A stretch of 63,588 nt of DNA, counting the filler, from Octopus bimaculoides (taxonomy: Eukaryota): assembly GCF_001194135.2 (NCBI RefSeq). It is 4 parts of 4 records of this genome, joined end to end, with 100 filler letters (N's around TTAATTAATTAA, not from the genome) between each part and the next. Parts side by side here need not be neighbours in the genome. Positions count along the whole stretch, not along the records: positions 1 to 21,261 come from NC_068986.1; 3 more parts are not named here. One strand, given 5' to 3'. Below the pieces are notes generated by a model that saw nothing but the letters and a program-made list of their open reading frames with translations, searched no databases and was not told the DNA's origin. A program made the translations under genes and the position numbers. Positions 1-15,085 of the stretch are shown here, in pieces; within the stretch, counting starts at the first letter, position 1; each line of letters begins with the position of its first letter.

Positions 1-32
<32 letters not shown>

Positions 33-2731
33 ATCATCATCATCATATATATATATGTATAGTGTGTATATATATATATATATATATTTAAATGCACCCA
101 CACACATGTACATACAAGCATGTAATGTGTCACAGTTAAAATCCAATTAGCATGAAATGCAATTTTGTCTTAAAATGTAAATTTTAAAAAATTCATTACA
201 AACTGAATGATTAAGGATCTTCAATAATATAGGGTCTAAATGACAATTAAGAGGTGGTGTGAGCACGAGACAGGAATGGAAAATGGTGTGATATGAACAA
301 AAGCAGCGCTGCAATGAAGCTAGTAATAACATCAAAAAGTTATGGTTAGTGATGGTGATGAGAGTATGATGGTGATTGTAACACTGACAATGTTTGTTGT
401 GACTAGTTAGTTATGAAGCTATGTTCTCTAGCAAAGAAAAATAGTCGGCTGTATTGACACAGTATATTACTGGTACCTGTTTGACTGACTCTTAGGGAAT
501 GGAAAGATAAAGCTGACCTTCAGAGAGAGGGTTCATATGGAGTATGTCACAGACTAATAAATAATGGAACTATATACACTAAAGAATATAAATCACAAGC
601 TCTATAGTCCCAGATGCCACCACCATTGTTATTATTATTAATATCACTAATAATTAACTTAGTCATAATAATAATAATAGTAATAATCTAAAAATAAAAA
701 TGAGCATGAAAGATGATATGCAGAAATAAAACAAATGAGAACATCACATGCATTTGCAAAGAAAAACAATAATAATGAAATAGTAATAAAATCAGTATAA
801 TATCATGCAATTTGGATTGTAAGGAAATTAAAGTATTAAAAATAGATGATTTACTATTAAACTATTATTTTTATATCATGTAATTATAATGTAATATATT
901 ATAATTGCATATATTATCAACATTATATTATATTAGGAAAGAGAAGTGAAGTGAGCAAGTACAACGTGTAGACTTCCAGACTGGATCACATATTGTACAG
1001 TAATTAAATCTATACACTGCTGTTTCCAATCCAAAATCCTGTCTGGTTAACTATTATAAATCCTCTTCCTTCATCTCCAGTCAATAATAGAATTAGTGTG
1101 TGCATGAGAGAAAACTCAATTATAAGAGTATTGCCTTGTTTCAAATGACTGAGGGTTCATCACTGCTATCTTGCATATTAAGTGCTGACAGCAACAAGAT
1201 ACTTGGTAAAGAGAACAGGGCTTCTATTAGTCATCCAAAACAATTTCAAATAATACTATCTCATTTGGCAGAGCATTAGTAAATCTACACCAGCCATGGT
1301 AGAATCTAACCTCACACAATTGTAAACTAACAGACCAGTTGTTAATTAAAAAATTTGGTATAATATCATTGACAAATTCTTACAAATTTGGACACAGCAT
1401 TAATTTATCTATTCAATCGTTGTGGTGACTTGTGAGTTCAATAATAAACCTTCTGGATCACAGAGAAATAAATCTAGAAACACTGACGGTGCATCTACAT
1501 TCAAGTCTTACATGTGCTATCCTGAATGGCTTCAATAAGATTGCTTCTAACCTGCAGTTGCCTTAGTGAATCAGACAAGTGAAAAGCTAAAGGTCAATTT
1601 ATTGAAGGCAACTCTACAAAGGCAACAGCCCTTTCCTTCAAAAAGAAGGAGTTAATGTTTGGTATAGGGTTTAAAAGGTTAAAAATAAAGAATGGAAAGA
1701 AGCAAAATTTGATGTAGTTCAAATTATAGTGACAATCAGAATGTTATGAAAGATTAAGTCCATTGCAATAACGGATGAGTGGCAAAGAAGGGATATGGTA
1801 CAACAATGGATCAAAGATTGAACATTTTCAATGGGGAGAAACATATTGCTTAGATTTCTCATTACAGGAAGCAAAAGTCTATGCTAAATCTATTTAAGCA
1901 ATATAGTCTGTTGTTACTCAAGACTGAACAATTTCTTGGTAAGCTTACAAGGATGGGGGTGGTTCACAGAAGTGTTTCTGACATCTTTTTGTGATAGCAG
2001 ATTCTTTAAATTGCAAGCTGATCACAAGAACAATCATCAGGTTGTAGTCCTTGTCCCCAGGCAAGACAATCACTTGCCTTTTGATGTTACTAAAACCCAC
2101 TCTATTGACAGATTCCCTTTGGTCCTCTTTCTGAATGTCTAGTAAGAAATGGAAAGAATGTTGAATTTGAAAGGAGAGGCCATACAATTTCATATTAAAA
2201 ACAGAATATAAAGTAAGACAGAACTGAAAGGATACATGTACTGTTCAATGAGTGACCTTAGATTCCTCAACTGGAGTATGTAAGAAAAACTATATTGAAG
2301 TTTAGTCAAGTCATTCATGAACTCACAGGTCAACAGAACTGGGGGTTTCACTATATAGTATTTGTAGTTTAAGTAGAAAGACTGATCTGACTGGAGCTAG
2401 TTTGCCAAGCAATAAGTAACTTTTCTTGGCTCTCTGATGGCAAACAGCACCGACAGGGATGTGAGGCTTGTAGGTAAAGAAAAAAAATGATTTTCAAAGA
2501 GAAACATATCAAAATACCAGATCTAGATGTCCAATAAGTTGTCTTTGGAGACAACCATAAGCATTATTGACAATAATTTAATTTCCTTACATGATTGTAA
2601 TCTATTTAAAATAAAATGAATGAATACAAAAAATATGCTTCACCACATAGAGAAAATAACTCATTTGAAAAGTTCAACATGCTAAACTGTGCCAGGTGAG
2701 CAGCAGGTACACACATAAGATTTTATATATA

Positions 2732-2762
<31 letters not shown>

Positions 2763-3511
2763 GGGGATTTACAAATGGTAAGGAATAAAGGAAATACAAA
2801 TTCAGTGAAGATACCATTATCAACTAAAGCAAGTTTAAGGAAATTCAAACTTGGAATTTAATTACAAAAATGTGCCTGTTGTTTGTGTGTGCATGTGTGT
2901 AGAAGGTTGAAAAGGAACACACAAGTTGATATATATGGGGAAAAAAGTCAAGGTAGAAATTGCTAAAATAATTTTATAANNNNNNNNNNNNNNNNNNNNN
3001 NNNNNNNNNNNNNNNNNNNNNNNNNNNNNNNNNNNNNNNNNNNNNNNNNNNNNNNNNNNNNNNNNNNNNNNNNNNNNNNNNNNNNNNNNNNNNNNNNNNN
3101 NNNNNNNNNNNNNNNNNNNNNNNNNNNNNNNNNNNNNNNNNNNNNNNNNNNNNNNNNNNNNNNNNNNNNNNNNNNNNNNNNNNNNNNNNNNNNNNNNNNN
3201 NNNNNNNNNNNNNNNNNNNNNNNNNNNNNNNNNNNNNNNNNNNNNNNNNNNNNNNNNNNNNNNNNNNNNNNNNNNNNNNNNNNNNNNNNNNNNNNNNNNN
3301 NNNNNNNNNNNNNNNNNNNNNNNNNNNNNNNNNNNNNNNNNNNNNNNNNNNNNNNNNNNNNNNNNNNNNNNNNNNNNNNNNNNNNNNNNNNNNNNNNNNN
3401 NNNNNNNNNNNNNNNNNNNNNNNNNNNNNNNNNNNNNNNNNNNNNNNNNNNNNNNNNNNNNNNNNNNNNNNNNNNNNNNNNNNNNNNNNNNNNNNNNNNN
3501 NNNNNNNNNNN

Positions 3512-3555
<44 letters not shown>

Positions 3556-3959
3556 CAAATTTACATTTGTACACACAATGATGATGATTGCTGGTGTCTA
3601 TGCAGAAGGTGTTTTTTTTTAGTTATGAGAGGGCATGTACATACTTCCTTATTGGTACTCATTTTGTCAACTGAAGGATGAAAAGGTCGGATCAACTCTA
3701 GTAGTAAAGCCCTAAGCTAGATATTTAACACTACTTGAGTGGTCAATAATTTTAACCAACTTTTAATGTGCTGATGAGGTTAGTTATTGAAATGAAGTGG
3801 CCTTTCTGTAGTTAAACCAGCTGTCACATTGTGACAAACCTTATTAATTTCCCACAACCTAGAAGGACTCTTCACTTCCCTTAAGCAATTTTTTTTCTGG
3901 CTCCTAAGAGCTGAAACAGCCATGAACCTTATTCATGTGTCAAAGAGACAAGTAAGAAA

Positions 3960-4150
3960 GAGTAAGGAGGCTCAAAACAGAGGCTGATACTGTTGGAAAT
4001 GGAGATGATAAGAAGACTTGTAAAGGTTACATATTTATAGAACAGAGAAAATGTGACTGACAAATTCATGCTATACTTAATGGAATTAGCAGCACCAATT
4101 AATAGATTTACTTCAAATAAGGACTGAAACTACATAGCTGGTGCAGGTGG
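3960..4150 (+). mobile_element. Possible highly decayed RTE-type LINE remnant
   Basis: Reads EMEMIRRLVKVTYL*NR...ELAAPI, resembling the RTE C-terminal AEMxMLRxxxGVTxxDR...API segment; interrupted by stops. Confidence 0.3.
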
Positions 4151-4414
4151 TTTCTATGAGGCTGTCTTTTGTTCTCTGCAGTGGGATTGCTTCTTAAGTT
4201 AATAACATGCACCAAAGTAAACTCAATGGGATTTGAACTTGGAATCAGGTTAAACACTGTATTGAGTCCATCACTCTACTGTCCAAATTATCTTCACTAA
4301 CAATATATTTATGAGAAATAACTTATTCGAAACAACATGCCATTTCCTCTCTTCTGTATAACGTTACATTTTCATGTCTGTGTAAATAAAGTAAGATTTT
4401 AAAAGAATGATATG

Positions 4415-4915
4415 AGGTACAAGACCAGCAAATTTGTGGGAAGCATGCACCATTGACCCCAGTATTTGAATGGTACTCCCATTTCATTGGCTCTCAGAAG
4501 GATAAAAGGCCAAACTTGAATTCAGAACCTTAAGAGTCAAAACTAATTCTGCAAAGCATTTTTTTTGACACTAATGATTATGCTAATCCTACACATTAAC
4601 AATAATGACAATAAATACAATGATTCATTCTGAAGAGAGGAGATACATCCGCTAGTATTTTATCTACCCAAGAATGATGAAAAGGATGCATAAATAATTG
4701 ACTGTAGAACTCTGGGGTATTAAACTAGATATTGTGAACTAAAATATCCACTGAAATGATGATGATGATGATTTACTACATCTACACAAGGAGGAGGGTG
4801 AGTATATGCAATCAATGAAGTTGAATTCAATATATGACTTGTACTTTGCCAACCTTAGAAGAATGAAAGGCAAATTTGACCCTATCAATATAAGAATTCC
4901 ACATGCAGACAGTAG
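4415..4915 (-). mobile_element. Two degenerate copies of SINE family A
   Basis: Reverse complements of the family A core (TTCTGAGTTCAAATT...GCCTTTCATCC...AAGTACCA...CTGGGGTCGATG) at ~4415-4595 and ~4790-4915. Confidence 0.6.
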
Positions 4916-6872
4916 GAATGAAATATCATATTTAATGCTCTGCTTCACTATTTTTGATACTTCATCACCATTATTATTATTGATTAATGAAATTTTATTC
5001 CCAAAGTTATTTCAGTAGATTCTCTTATATATCTTTTCCTATCTGATAGTTTAAATTTTTTAAATGTGGCTTTTTAAAGATCATTAATTTTTAATTGCAA
5101 AACAAAAATATTGAAATGAAAATATAAAATTTTACAACTTAAAAAGTTACTCTATGTCCAGAAAAAATGTTTTAGTAAATGTCACAGAAAGAATATTTTG
5201 CAGTAAAAAAAAAAATATGTGAAAAAAATAAAAATCAGTGAATCAAAATTCAAAGATATACAACATATACAGGAGTAAAATGTAAACTTATATGTTAAGA
5301 TAACACCCAACTGCTAAAACAAACTGATTTCTAACTTTTTGTTACTTTTTATCAATATGTAAACAAGAAGAAAACATCTAAGGGACCCAGCAATGTATAA
5401 CAAACAAAATCTTTGGTGAATCTTGTAAATAGTCACTGCCTGTGATGGGAAAAAGTCACAACTATTGCAACATATGGAACTGTATCTGATAAATGGTAAC
5501 CTATTTCGCATCTAGTTTCAAATCTTCAACAGTTTATCAAGCAAAACAAGATATTATCCTCTCCAGGTACCTTAACTACCAGCTTATTTTCCTTTAAAAG
5601 TAACTCACCAACAGTCTTGAATCAATATTCAGATATGATAGTAAAATTATATTCAAGTCAAGTGAATAGAGTTGTAGCGAGGTAGCCTGAGAGGAATCAA
5701 TAGACATGTTGCTAACTAATTGTAAATAGCATAAAGGTAATGAAAGATTCAAAGAACAAAGGAACATTTATACAACACTGGGTGCAGTATGGCTCAATGA
5801 TTAAGACATTCATAGACAACTGTAATTATTAACCCATACTTAGTGACTGAAATCGGGTAGATGAAAACTGTGAAGAATCTTGCTGAGTGCATTGTACCTG
5901 AAATTTAAAAGGTACAGCCTAGCATACCATATCGCAATGATGCTACTCTACAATGCTCAGTTATTTTCATTAATTCAGGAATGGATAATTTGGTCAGCAG
6001 AAAAACTGCATCCTCACTGAATGACAGCAACATCCCATCATTATACATACATACATATATATGAAAGAACAGTGACCACTGTAATCGACTCTCGAAGAAA
6101 TTAAGTCAAAATTACAGGACAGCTGCTGAATGTGATGTTTGAATATACTGAGTTAGACTATCATCAGAGAACATGAATCGCATCCTTTTATCTTGAGAAA
6201 AACCCTTTATCATACTATTTGCAGTTTGAAAATGTTATATTCATCATTACACATTGATAGTTTCACCTCATCCTGGTATATAACACTTATTTTGGAATTA
6301 CGAAGGGAAGGAAGGAATATCTTTCCTAACAACACTAGTACAAGAAACTAAGCCTTCTCAATCAATAACAAAAACCAGAGAGTAAACTGCATTTCCAAAG
6401 AGTTTCTAACCAAATCAATGCTCTACTATATGTATCTAGCAACATACACACAGAATATACTTTCTCTGAAAGATTTGTGAATAAATTTTCTGAGAAACAG
6501 ATTACTAAAATCATTGATCATTGATTAATTTCAATTTGGCTACTCTGTATTTTCACCCCTCTAGAGACTCTGCATGTATCATACACTACAGAAGTTTAGA
6601 CATTTGCATGTGTTCTTGGAGCATGGAAATTATACAACTTAACAATCCACCATGCAGCTTAATGGACTGACCTAAAGAACGTTATGGGCCTTTTCCAAGG
6701 ATATATGTGGAAAGATCACAAACCATGGCCAAGTTACAAATGAAGAGATTTCCAAACGAAACTAAACTGAAATTTTTTTCTGTTTGTTTTTTTTTTAATA
6801 AAACCTATTCTGATAGGGAACAGATGTGTACTTCACAAGGGACAGGTTTATGTACTGCCACCCCACCAATAT

Positions 6873-6913
<41 letters not shown>

Positions 6914-7988
6914 CCCTCCTGTATTGATAAGCAAAAATGATTTTAAAACGATAACTTGGTTCTGAGTGCTGTCAAATGGGTGCTTTAATGATGTGGAATA
7001 AGAATATTCACAAAAACTGTACAATTTCCTGGCATTATATATGAAACGATAGTTTCATAGCAATACTTAATATTCATGCAGTTCATGGTGATGTTGAATT
7101 ATATTATAAAACTATTTGGATTCCTGGCTAAGTGTAATAATGAAATTTATAAGACTGCACAGTTTCATGGTAGTAATCAAATACAGCTCTATGGCAATAT
7201 GCAATAATATTTGTGAACCTGAATAAGTTCAATGAAGCACACTCTTAAGAAAAACTCAAATTTGATATCTTTCATAAAATAAACCTTAAAGTTGCTTCTT
7301 TTTTCTTTATCTTTCCTCGCTGTTGTCAACAAGGCTGTTATTATATAAAGAATAATAACAACATTGGCAAAAATAAACAAACAAAAGAACAAAGAAAATA
7401 AAACAAGAAAGAGGGGATAGTGAACTTAAATTTTACAATAATTACCAAATTAATGAATGGAAAAACCAAAAAAAAAAAAAAAACTGAATATATATACTGA
7501 TGGCATTTTTCTCTCTCTCTAAAAACTTCCAAAGATGTAATTTATTATAAAACATTGAACAATATCTTACAGGTAGAATTTCAAAAATATTTTATTGAAA
7601 AAAAAAAAAAAAAAAAAAGGAGAATATCCAGAACTGTTGAGTTAGCTGAAATTAAAACAATTCTAAAATATGCAAAAATTAATTTATACATCAAAAATTG
7701 ACAGTCTACCCTTAGTTTCACTCATGACTATTCACAAGTGGGAAGAAGAAAAAGAGACCTGCAAGTTTATAAAGGTTACATGAATGTAACACGTGTTACA
7801 AAGAGTTGAGTCTTTAGCATAATTGTAAACTAAATTTCATGAAAAGGCAAAACTCAGAACAGACTGTCAACTTTCAATATAATAAACATATCTATCCACT
7901 CTACCCAACAGATTGAGCTCCATATCAGATAATGTTAGTACTAAGTAAAATATATTTCTATATATACTTCAAAACTCTTACACACACT

Positions 7989-8087
<99 letters not shown>

Positions 8088-8286
8088 AGTATAAATACAC
8101 ATATGGGAAATGAAACTGTATAAAAAGGTAATAATATTTGAGAGTTCAAAGATTGAGCTAGCACTACTCTAAAACCACATTTCAGCTGTTCAGCAACACA
8201 TCACAACCAACAAAAATACAAGAAAAAAAAATAAAACCACGTAGTGAATATATGTGTTAGCATGTGTATGCATGTTTAGGTGTGTG

Positions 8287-8326
<40 letters not shown>

Positions 8327-8394
8327 NNNNNNNNNNNNNNNNNNNNNNNNNNNNNNNNNNNNNNNNNNNNNNNNNNNNNNNNNNNNNNNNNNNN

Positions 8395-8456
<62 letters not shown>

Positions 8457-8913
8457 ACAAACACACATGCATACCCACATACAATCATTTGCACAAAACA
8501 AAACTTGTTCAAAGAAACATAAAAAAGGAGATGGGAATCATTCCATATTGGTGGATTTTACCAGAGGATAAGGCACAATGGAGACACAATTTACAGAAAA
8601 ATTACCCATAACAAACTAGGAATTACCATGGAAACGTATATACATATAGAAAGAAAGACAGAAAGAGAGAAAGAAAGAAAGAGAGAGAGAGAGAGATGTA
8701 TGTCACTGACAACATCTGGAAGGTGCGTTTATTTGGGCAGTTTTGCAGGCGCTAATTATGATCAACGTCTAGGTTGGCAGTGATGATAAAAAATAAAGAA
8801 CATATGTAGAGGGAGGGGTTGTTGTTGTTATTGTTGTTATTGTTTTTAAGATGAGGCATGCTCAACAAGCAGGAGGAACGAAGAATTCATCCCTAGGCCA
8901 GAAATTCACTTAC

Positions 8914-8937
8914 CGTAATAATCCCATGGTCCCCGAG
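8914..8937 (-). CDS. Candidate 24-nt microexon of an unidentified minus-strand gene
   Basis: Minus strand: T-rich tract ...ttttgtctatcattttactttgctgacattgaAG | CTCGGGGACCATGGGATTATTACG | GTAAGT. Length is 3n and all three phases are open (xRGPWDYYx, LGDHGIIT, SGTMGLLR). The AAG acceptor is less common. Confidence 0.4.
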
Positions 8938-10434
8938 CTTCAATGTCAGCAAAGTAAAATGATAGACAAAATCAAAAACAAATGCCACATAAGAAACTAA
9001 GTTGATAAGCTTTTGGTTTAATATTTTTGCTTTTATAGATATTTCCATATCTTTTTTTTAATTCATCTCTAATGAATAAGAGTTTAATTTAATTAAATAA
9101 ATATAAAGCTTAGAAATTCTCCTAGAACTAAACCCAGTCAACTGTCTTCTTTAAATATATAATATATGTTAAAATAAATAATAATAATAATTCCACCAGA
9201 GATGAGAGCATCCCATCAACAGCCATAAACTAGCTTTCATCATGATTTCAGTACTTTTTAGCAGTGTCACTCCCAACAGGGGTGCCTTGTATCCTGAGGC
9301 TGCATGGAGAACATCCACAAGATTCATAAAATATGGCTTGTGTGTATATGTGTGTGTGTGCATATGCTTGAAATGAGTTACTATATACGAGATAAGAACA
9401 CTTAATACTGCTTTGGTAGAGTTTAATTTAACAATCAAAAGCTATGATTCAAATACTTCAGACAGTTACAATTTATTTCATGTAATTACACTATAATTCA
9501 GAGTTCTAGGGCATCATTATGCAGTATAATATAACTATAAAAAACAAATTTTAATGATCCTAGATATTTTAATCCTAGCTTTTGATCATAACTTCATACT
9601 ACTATAAAAATTAGCTTAATTTTCTTATCTTTTGTCATATTTTTGCAGTATCATATCTATACTTCTTGAGTTTTCCATATGTACCTTCTTCAGCTATAGA
9701 CACATGTGATTTCAGACTATATCTGAAGAATGAGATTGGTAAGAAAGATAAGGAAACAATAGATGAACAAACACAGGTGCTTCCAGAAGATCGAAAAATG
9801 TTACATCAAGATTTTTTCTAATGTTTGAGTTGTTCATTTGTACTTATTTATTTTGGCCAGTCATGCAGCATGAAACAGAGATGCATTATGGGTATCTGCA
9901 GGCAAGAGCATATGTAAAGGAATTCATTTTTGTAGTTGAATACCTTCACAACCATTCCAAGTTTGTTAAGAATATATAATTACTCATCAAATTGTTATAT
10001 TCAAAGCACTGTAATCTCCTGGTTATTTTCAATTATATACTAATTATTATCCATTATTTTGTCTTTTTTTTCTTGTTGACTTATATCAATTTGAATTTAT
10101 CTTTTACTTTTGTGAATTTTCACATATTACCTTTTTTAAATGAATGATATTTTTTATATTCTTTCATAAAACCATTTTCATTTTGTTATAAAACTGATTA
10201 AAATTTTAAATTAAAGCATAAAGTTTAGAATTTCAAATAATAATAATAATGTTTTCTAATAATAAATCATAATTAGCCAATTAAAAACAAATAAAATCCA
10301 AGCCCACAAATTTAAATTTTCATTACTTATTTAAATACTTTGAATAAAAAAATTAAAGGAAAGCAAAATATAGAATATACAATAAGCAAAATGATAAACA
10401 AAGCTATATGATTTGTACAATATGGACACACACA

Positions 10435-10466
<32 letters not shown>

Positions 10467-10735
10467 TATATCTAAAGCACAAACACACAAATATATAAAC
10501 ATCTAGATTAGCATGAAAGGTGTGAAGATATGAATGACAAATGCAGATCAAATAGGAAACAATAATCAAATAAGAAAAGTATAATTAAGATATTAATATC
10601 ATTATGTCCAACCATGTCATTAATTTTTTGTTCTCATTGGTATTGTATTTTTTACCTTTCCAATCAGCAACAAAACTAATACACCCAGACTCAAACCATT
10701 TTCAGAAAAACATCTTAACTACAAAATGAAATATT

Positions 10736-10766
<31 letters not shown>

Positions 10767-10803
10767 AGATGATGATGATGATGATGAATAACAGTAATAA
10801 ATG

Positions 10804-10847
<44 letters not shown>

Positions 10848-10848
<1 letters not shown>

Positions 10849-11345
10849 GGTTCAAATTTTGCCACAAGGGAACTAATCTGGGGGAGGGGATGAGTCGATT
10901 ACATCGACCCCAGTGTTCGACTAGTACTTATTTTATCAACCCTGAAAGGACGAAAGGTAAAGTCGACCTCAGCAGTATTTGAATTCAGAACGTAGCAACG
11001 GGCAAAATACTGCTAAGCATTTCATAATAATAATAATAATAATAATAATAATATTAATAATAATAATAATATTAATAATAATAATAATAATAATATTAAT
11101 AATAATAATAATGATAATGAACAATGAGGAATAATAGTTTTAAATTTTGACACAAAGCCAACAATTTTGGGGGAGAGGGTTAGTCAACAGCATCAACCCC
11201 AGTACTTTGCTGGTACCTTATTTTAATGACCTTAAAAGGACAAAAGACAAATTTGACCTCAGTGGGATTTGAAATCAGAACATGGATTAAATGCAGTAAG
11301 GCACTTTACCCAACATTCAAGTGATTCTGCCAATCTACTACTCTT
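10848..11345 (-). mobile_element. Two SINE family A copies embedded in (AAT)n tracts
   Basis: Copies at ~10848-11025 and ~11140-11345, each flanked by (AAT)n. Confidence 0.85.
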
Positions 11346-12786
11346 AAAATAATAATAATGTATTAGTCATGTGCACTAAATATTAATCATTCAGCACTAT
11401 TATATTCATTTACTAACATCACATATTTTCCTTGTAACTCTGTCACGTATTCATTTTCTCTACAAGGTGTACCGGAGTTCCTTCAGGGACCACTCATAAT
11501 ATACTGTTTTTTTTTTTAATCATTATCATTTTTTGTTATTTTAAATAGAGCACCAATAATTTTGTCAAAAGTTAAGAATGGTCTGGTGTTCTCAGGATCT
11601 GGCTGCAGGCATGGCTTCCTATTACTGGTAGATCAGTGATATAATGATGGTAATTACAATAGCTTCTCTCCTTGGCACAAGACCACATAACTATAGAAAA
11701 GGAGTGTTGTCTTCAGATCAATTCCAGAGTGATAAACTGACAAAGTCCATGCAAGCAGAACTTCAATTTGTTTCATATTTAAGCTTGAAGTATGGGGTTA
11801 TTTCATTGAAGAAGAAATGATAACTGGTAACTTGAGACATTCATGCCTTTCACAAACAATACAAGTGATAGCAAGAATTGAAACTACGTCAATAGGTTCG
11901 TTCACTTCTTTATGATGGCAAGCAGAAATGTAAAGAAATTATTTTTAATATTTTTCCCATTATTAAACAACAATAAATTGTTATTAGGCATTCCAAATCA
12001 GTTTTTTTTAAAGGGAGGACACAGCTTACTAGAATATTTCATCAACAGTTGAAGAATGAAAGATATAGTTGTCTGATGGTTCCGAACTCAGAACAATAAA
12101 GCTTAAAATATCACAAAATGACCATTCCATTCTGCCTCACCACCATTTCCATTAAATTCACAAACCTAATTAAAAACACTTAACATCATATCTTTTTCAA
12201 GCATCTACATCTGAGATGCATTTTACCATGCCATACTAGAAATTTCTGACTCCCACCCATTAATTCTGGTAGGTCCTTGATTTTGTGTGTACGTTTCTGA
12301 TAACAACATCAATGTGGTTGAGTTGTCTTAGTCATCTATTAGAGTGCAGAAGTTCCCAAAAAACAACATCCAATTTGACCTGACGTTTTCACTTTGTGAA
12401 AAGGCAGAGTAGAACTGATTCTATAGACCAATAGTGATTTTATTATTTCCATCAGGGTTTTAATTCAGAAAGATGGATGAAACTAAATATTTTAATGCCT
12501 AGTTCTACAATGTCTTGATAATGCCAGGGACAAAAATCAAATAAGCTGTCATAATAGGTTATGTAATACCTGATGTCTAACCAACCTGAAAAACTGTCAG
12601 TGGTCCTCAAAATAACTTCTGACATGTACCAAAGGCATAGCATGTATGAAATGACAGTATAATACTAAGGGCTAATATTCAATGTTAAAATACATTAAAA
12701 TTTAACAAAAAACATTGACAAAGTAAATCATTGATGAACTGTGTAAAAAGAGTCAACAACAATAACATAATAATAATAATCTTTGT

Positions 12787-12968
12787 GTTTTCAAATTTTG
12801 GCACAAGGCCAGCAATTTCAGGAGTAGGGGTAAGTCAATTTCATCAACTTCAGTGCTCAACTGGTACTCATTTTATTAACCTCAAAAGGATGGAAGGTAA
12901 AGTTGACCTCAGCAGAATGTGAACTCAGAACGTAAAGATGGATGAAATGCCACTAAGCATTTTGCCCT
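12787..12968 (-). mobile_element. SINE family A copy
   Basis: Matches the reverse complement of the near full-length copy at 63192-63415. Confidence 0.85.
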
Positions 12969-13084
12969 AATAATTGTAGCATTGTAGTTCAGCTGTGAGA
13001 GAATCTAATAATGGTAGCTTTTACAAACTCATCTATTGAGTGCTAGTAATAAAATTATAAATTCAATAAGGAACTGATTTTTCT

Positions 13085-13442
13085 GTAATCAATTCCTCAG
13101 TTCCGTTGCCAGTACCGCCTGACTGGCCTCCGTAAGATTTTCGAGCGAGATCGTTGCCAGTGCCCCTGCACTGGCTTGTGCGGGTGGCACATAAAAGACA
13201 CCATTTCGAGCGTGGCCGTTGCCAGTATCGCCTGACTGGCCTTCGTGCAGGTGACACATAAAAGCACCTACTACACTCTCTGAGTGGTTGGCGTTAGGAA
13301 GGGCATCCAGCTGTAGAAACTCTGCCAAATTTAGATTGGAGCCTGGTGTTGCCATCCGGTTTCACCAGTCCTCAGTCAAGTTGTCCAACCCATGCTAGCA
13401 TGGAAAGTGGACGTTAAACGATGATGATGATGATGATGATGA
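13085..13442 (+). mobile_element. SINE family C (ends in (GAT)n), with internal duplication in its 5' part
   Basis: Shares ...GAGTGGTTGGCGTTAGGAAGGGCATCCAGCTGTAGAAAC...CCCATGCTAGCATGGAAAG..GACGTTAAACGATGATGAT with 50915-51073 (-) and 52724-52930 (+). CGTTGCCAGT occurs three times. Confidence 0.85.
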
Positions 13443-14899
13443 TATATCCGTGTGTGATATATATAATGAAATTTGTTTTGGCCAGGACTTAAATTTTACC
13501 TGATGGTTTATTCAAAACAAATTTTATAATAAATTTGACTTTACCTCCAACACAGCCTTTGTGTCAATAAATGTCTTTGTTATTCTTAAACTTGTTTCAT
13601 AGATGACATTAAAGATGATGTGTATACAGATGATTGCCCTCACAGTATCATGTTCATTACGACCAAATTAATTTACTCTATGACCATCTTTGTGAAACAA
13701 CTTTCAGAAAAACAAAGAATGTTTGAATATCATTATTATAGCTATATTTAAGTGAGAAGGGGGCAAATAACACTGAACCTTATAAAATCTAAAAGTTCAG
13801 TTGAATAAACAATATAACTGACCAGCAAATCAGCAGAAGCTACAGACAGAAATTGTTAGGAACATTGCAGAGAAGTTTCTTTTGTAAACAGAAATCTATA
13901 TTCAATGTATAAATGTGGAGAGGATTTAGCTGCTGAGATGACTGCTACAGGTGAGTGCTGCTGATCAGTTAAGCAGCCCAAAGAGTGATTCAATCCTGGA
14001 GGAGATGGGAGCCAGATGTTCTATCTAACCTTGAGGACAAAGGTGAGATAGCATAAGCTGCAATATTTTAGCCATGTTATCAGAGTTCAGATCCTCTGTA
14101 TCCACAGCCTTGAGACCAGGTAGACGAAAATGACTTATAGGCAATGAAGATGAAGGATTGACTGTATGGGAAACACCCTACCAAAAAGGATATAGCACCA
14201 GACAACAGTGTGTGGCAAAGAGAGATGATGGTGTCTAAAGTCCCTGATCCTTAGATATGAGGATGGGCATGTTCATTCATATGTTTGGATGCACGAAGAC
14301 AAATCTGTGGATGTAAACTTGCTGAGGAGCCTACTCAGTTGAGAAAACACCTCCAGTGCTAGATGAGAAGAGAACCTTCAGATACAGAAGGAACAAGAAC
14401 TAAATCATTTTTATCATTCAACAAAAGGCCATATTTGTGACAAGGAATGCTGACAATAAACTATTGTCTAATATAATACAGAATAAATGTGTAACTTTCC
14501 AAATACAAAATGTCAGATTTGTTATATTAGAGAATGAACCAATCCGAATATCATGTCGATATCAGGTTAAAAGTGAGTAAAATTATAATCATAGTTCAAC
14601 AAAATACTTCCTTAACTCAAAGATAATAATTGGGAAACAGCAGTACGAGTGTCCAAAATATGACTATTATAAATATCTCTCAATAGATATATTTTGTAAT
14701 GCAACACATGATTGAAGGCCTGCAGCAAATAGTAATCCATAGATTTTCCTAGTAACTGACATTGTGCAGGCACAGTGAATAATGGTGTTGTTTAGCCCTA
14801 GGTCAGCCCTGATTGAGGAAGTCTATGATCAAAGGCATTTCAGAACCGTGTGTGTGTTTGTGTTCAAGCAATGTGCATTTAGAACCACATTATATAGCC

Positions 14900-15085
14900 T
14901 TCAAAGAGTAATTCAAAGGGTCAGCCTTGTCAGACTGTGTCATGCTGAATATCCCCGAGAACTACGTTAAGGGTACACGTGTCTGTGGAGTGCTCAGCCA
15001 CTTGCATGTTAATTTCACGAGCAGGCTGTTCCGTTGATCGGATCAACTGGAACCCTCGATGTTGTAAGTGACTGAGTGCCAACAT
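14900..15085 (+). mobile_element. 3' half of SINE family D
   Basis: TTCAAAGGGTCAGCCTTGTCA...GAGAACTACGTTAAGGGTACACGTGTCTGTGGAGTGCTCAGCCACTTGC, also seen at 25950, 52200 and 60600. Confidence 0.85.

Noticed and set aside
1949-2470. Possible minus-strand exons at 1949-2138 and ~2337-2470
   Set aside because: Splice signals are plausible, but the peptides are unrecognisable and their phases do not chain consistently.
13900-14400. GC-richer stretch resembling a LINE remnant
   Set aside because: No diagnostic motif could be read in any frame.
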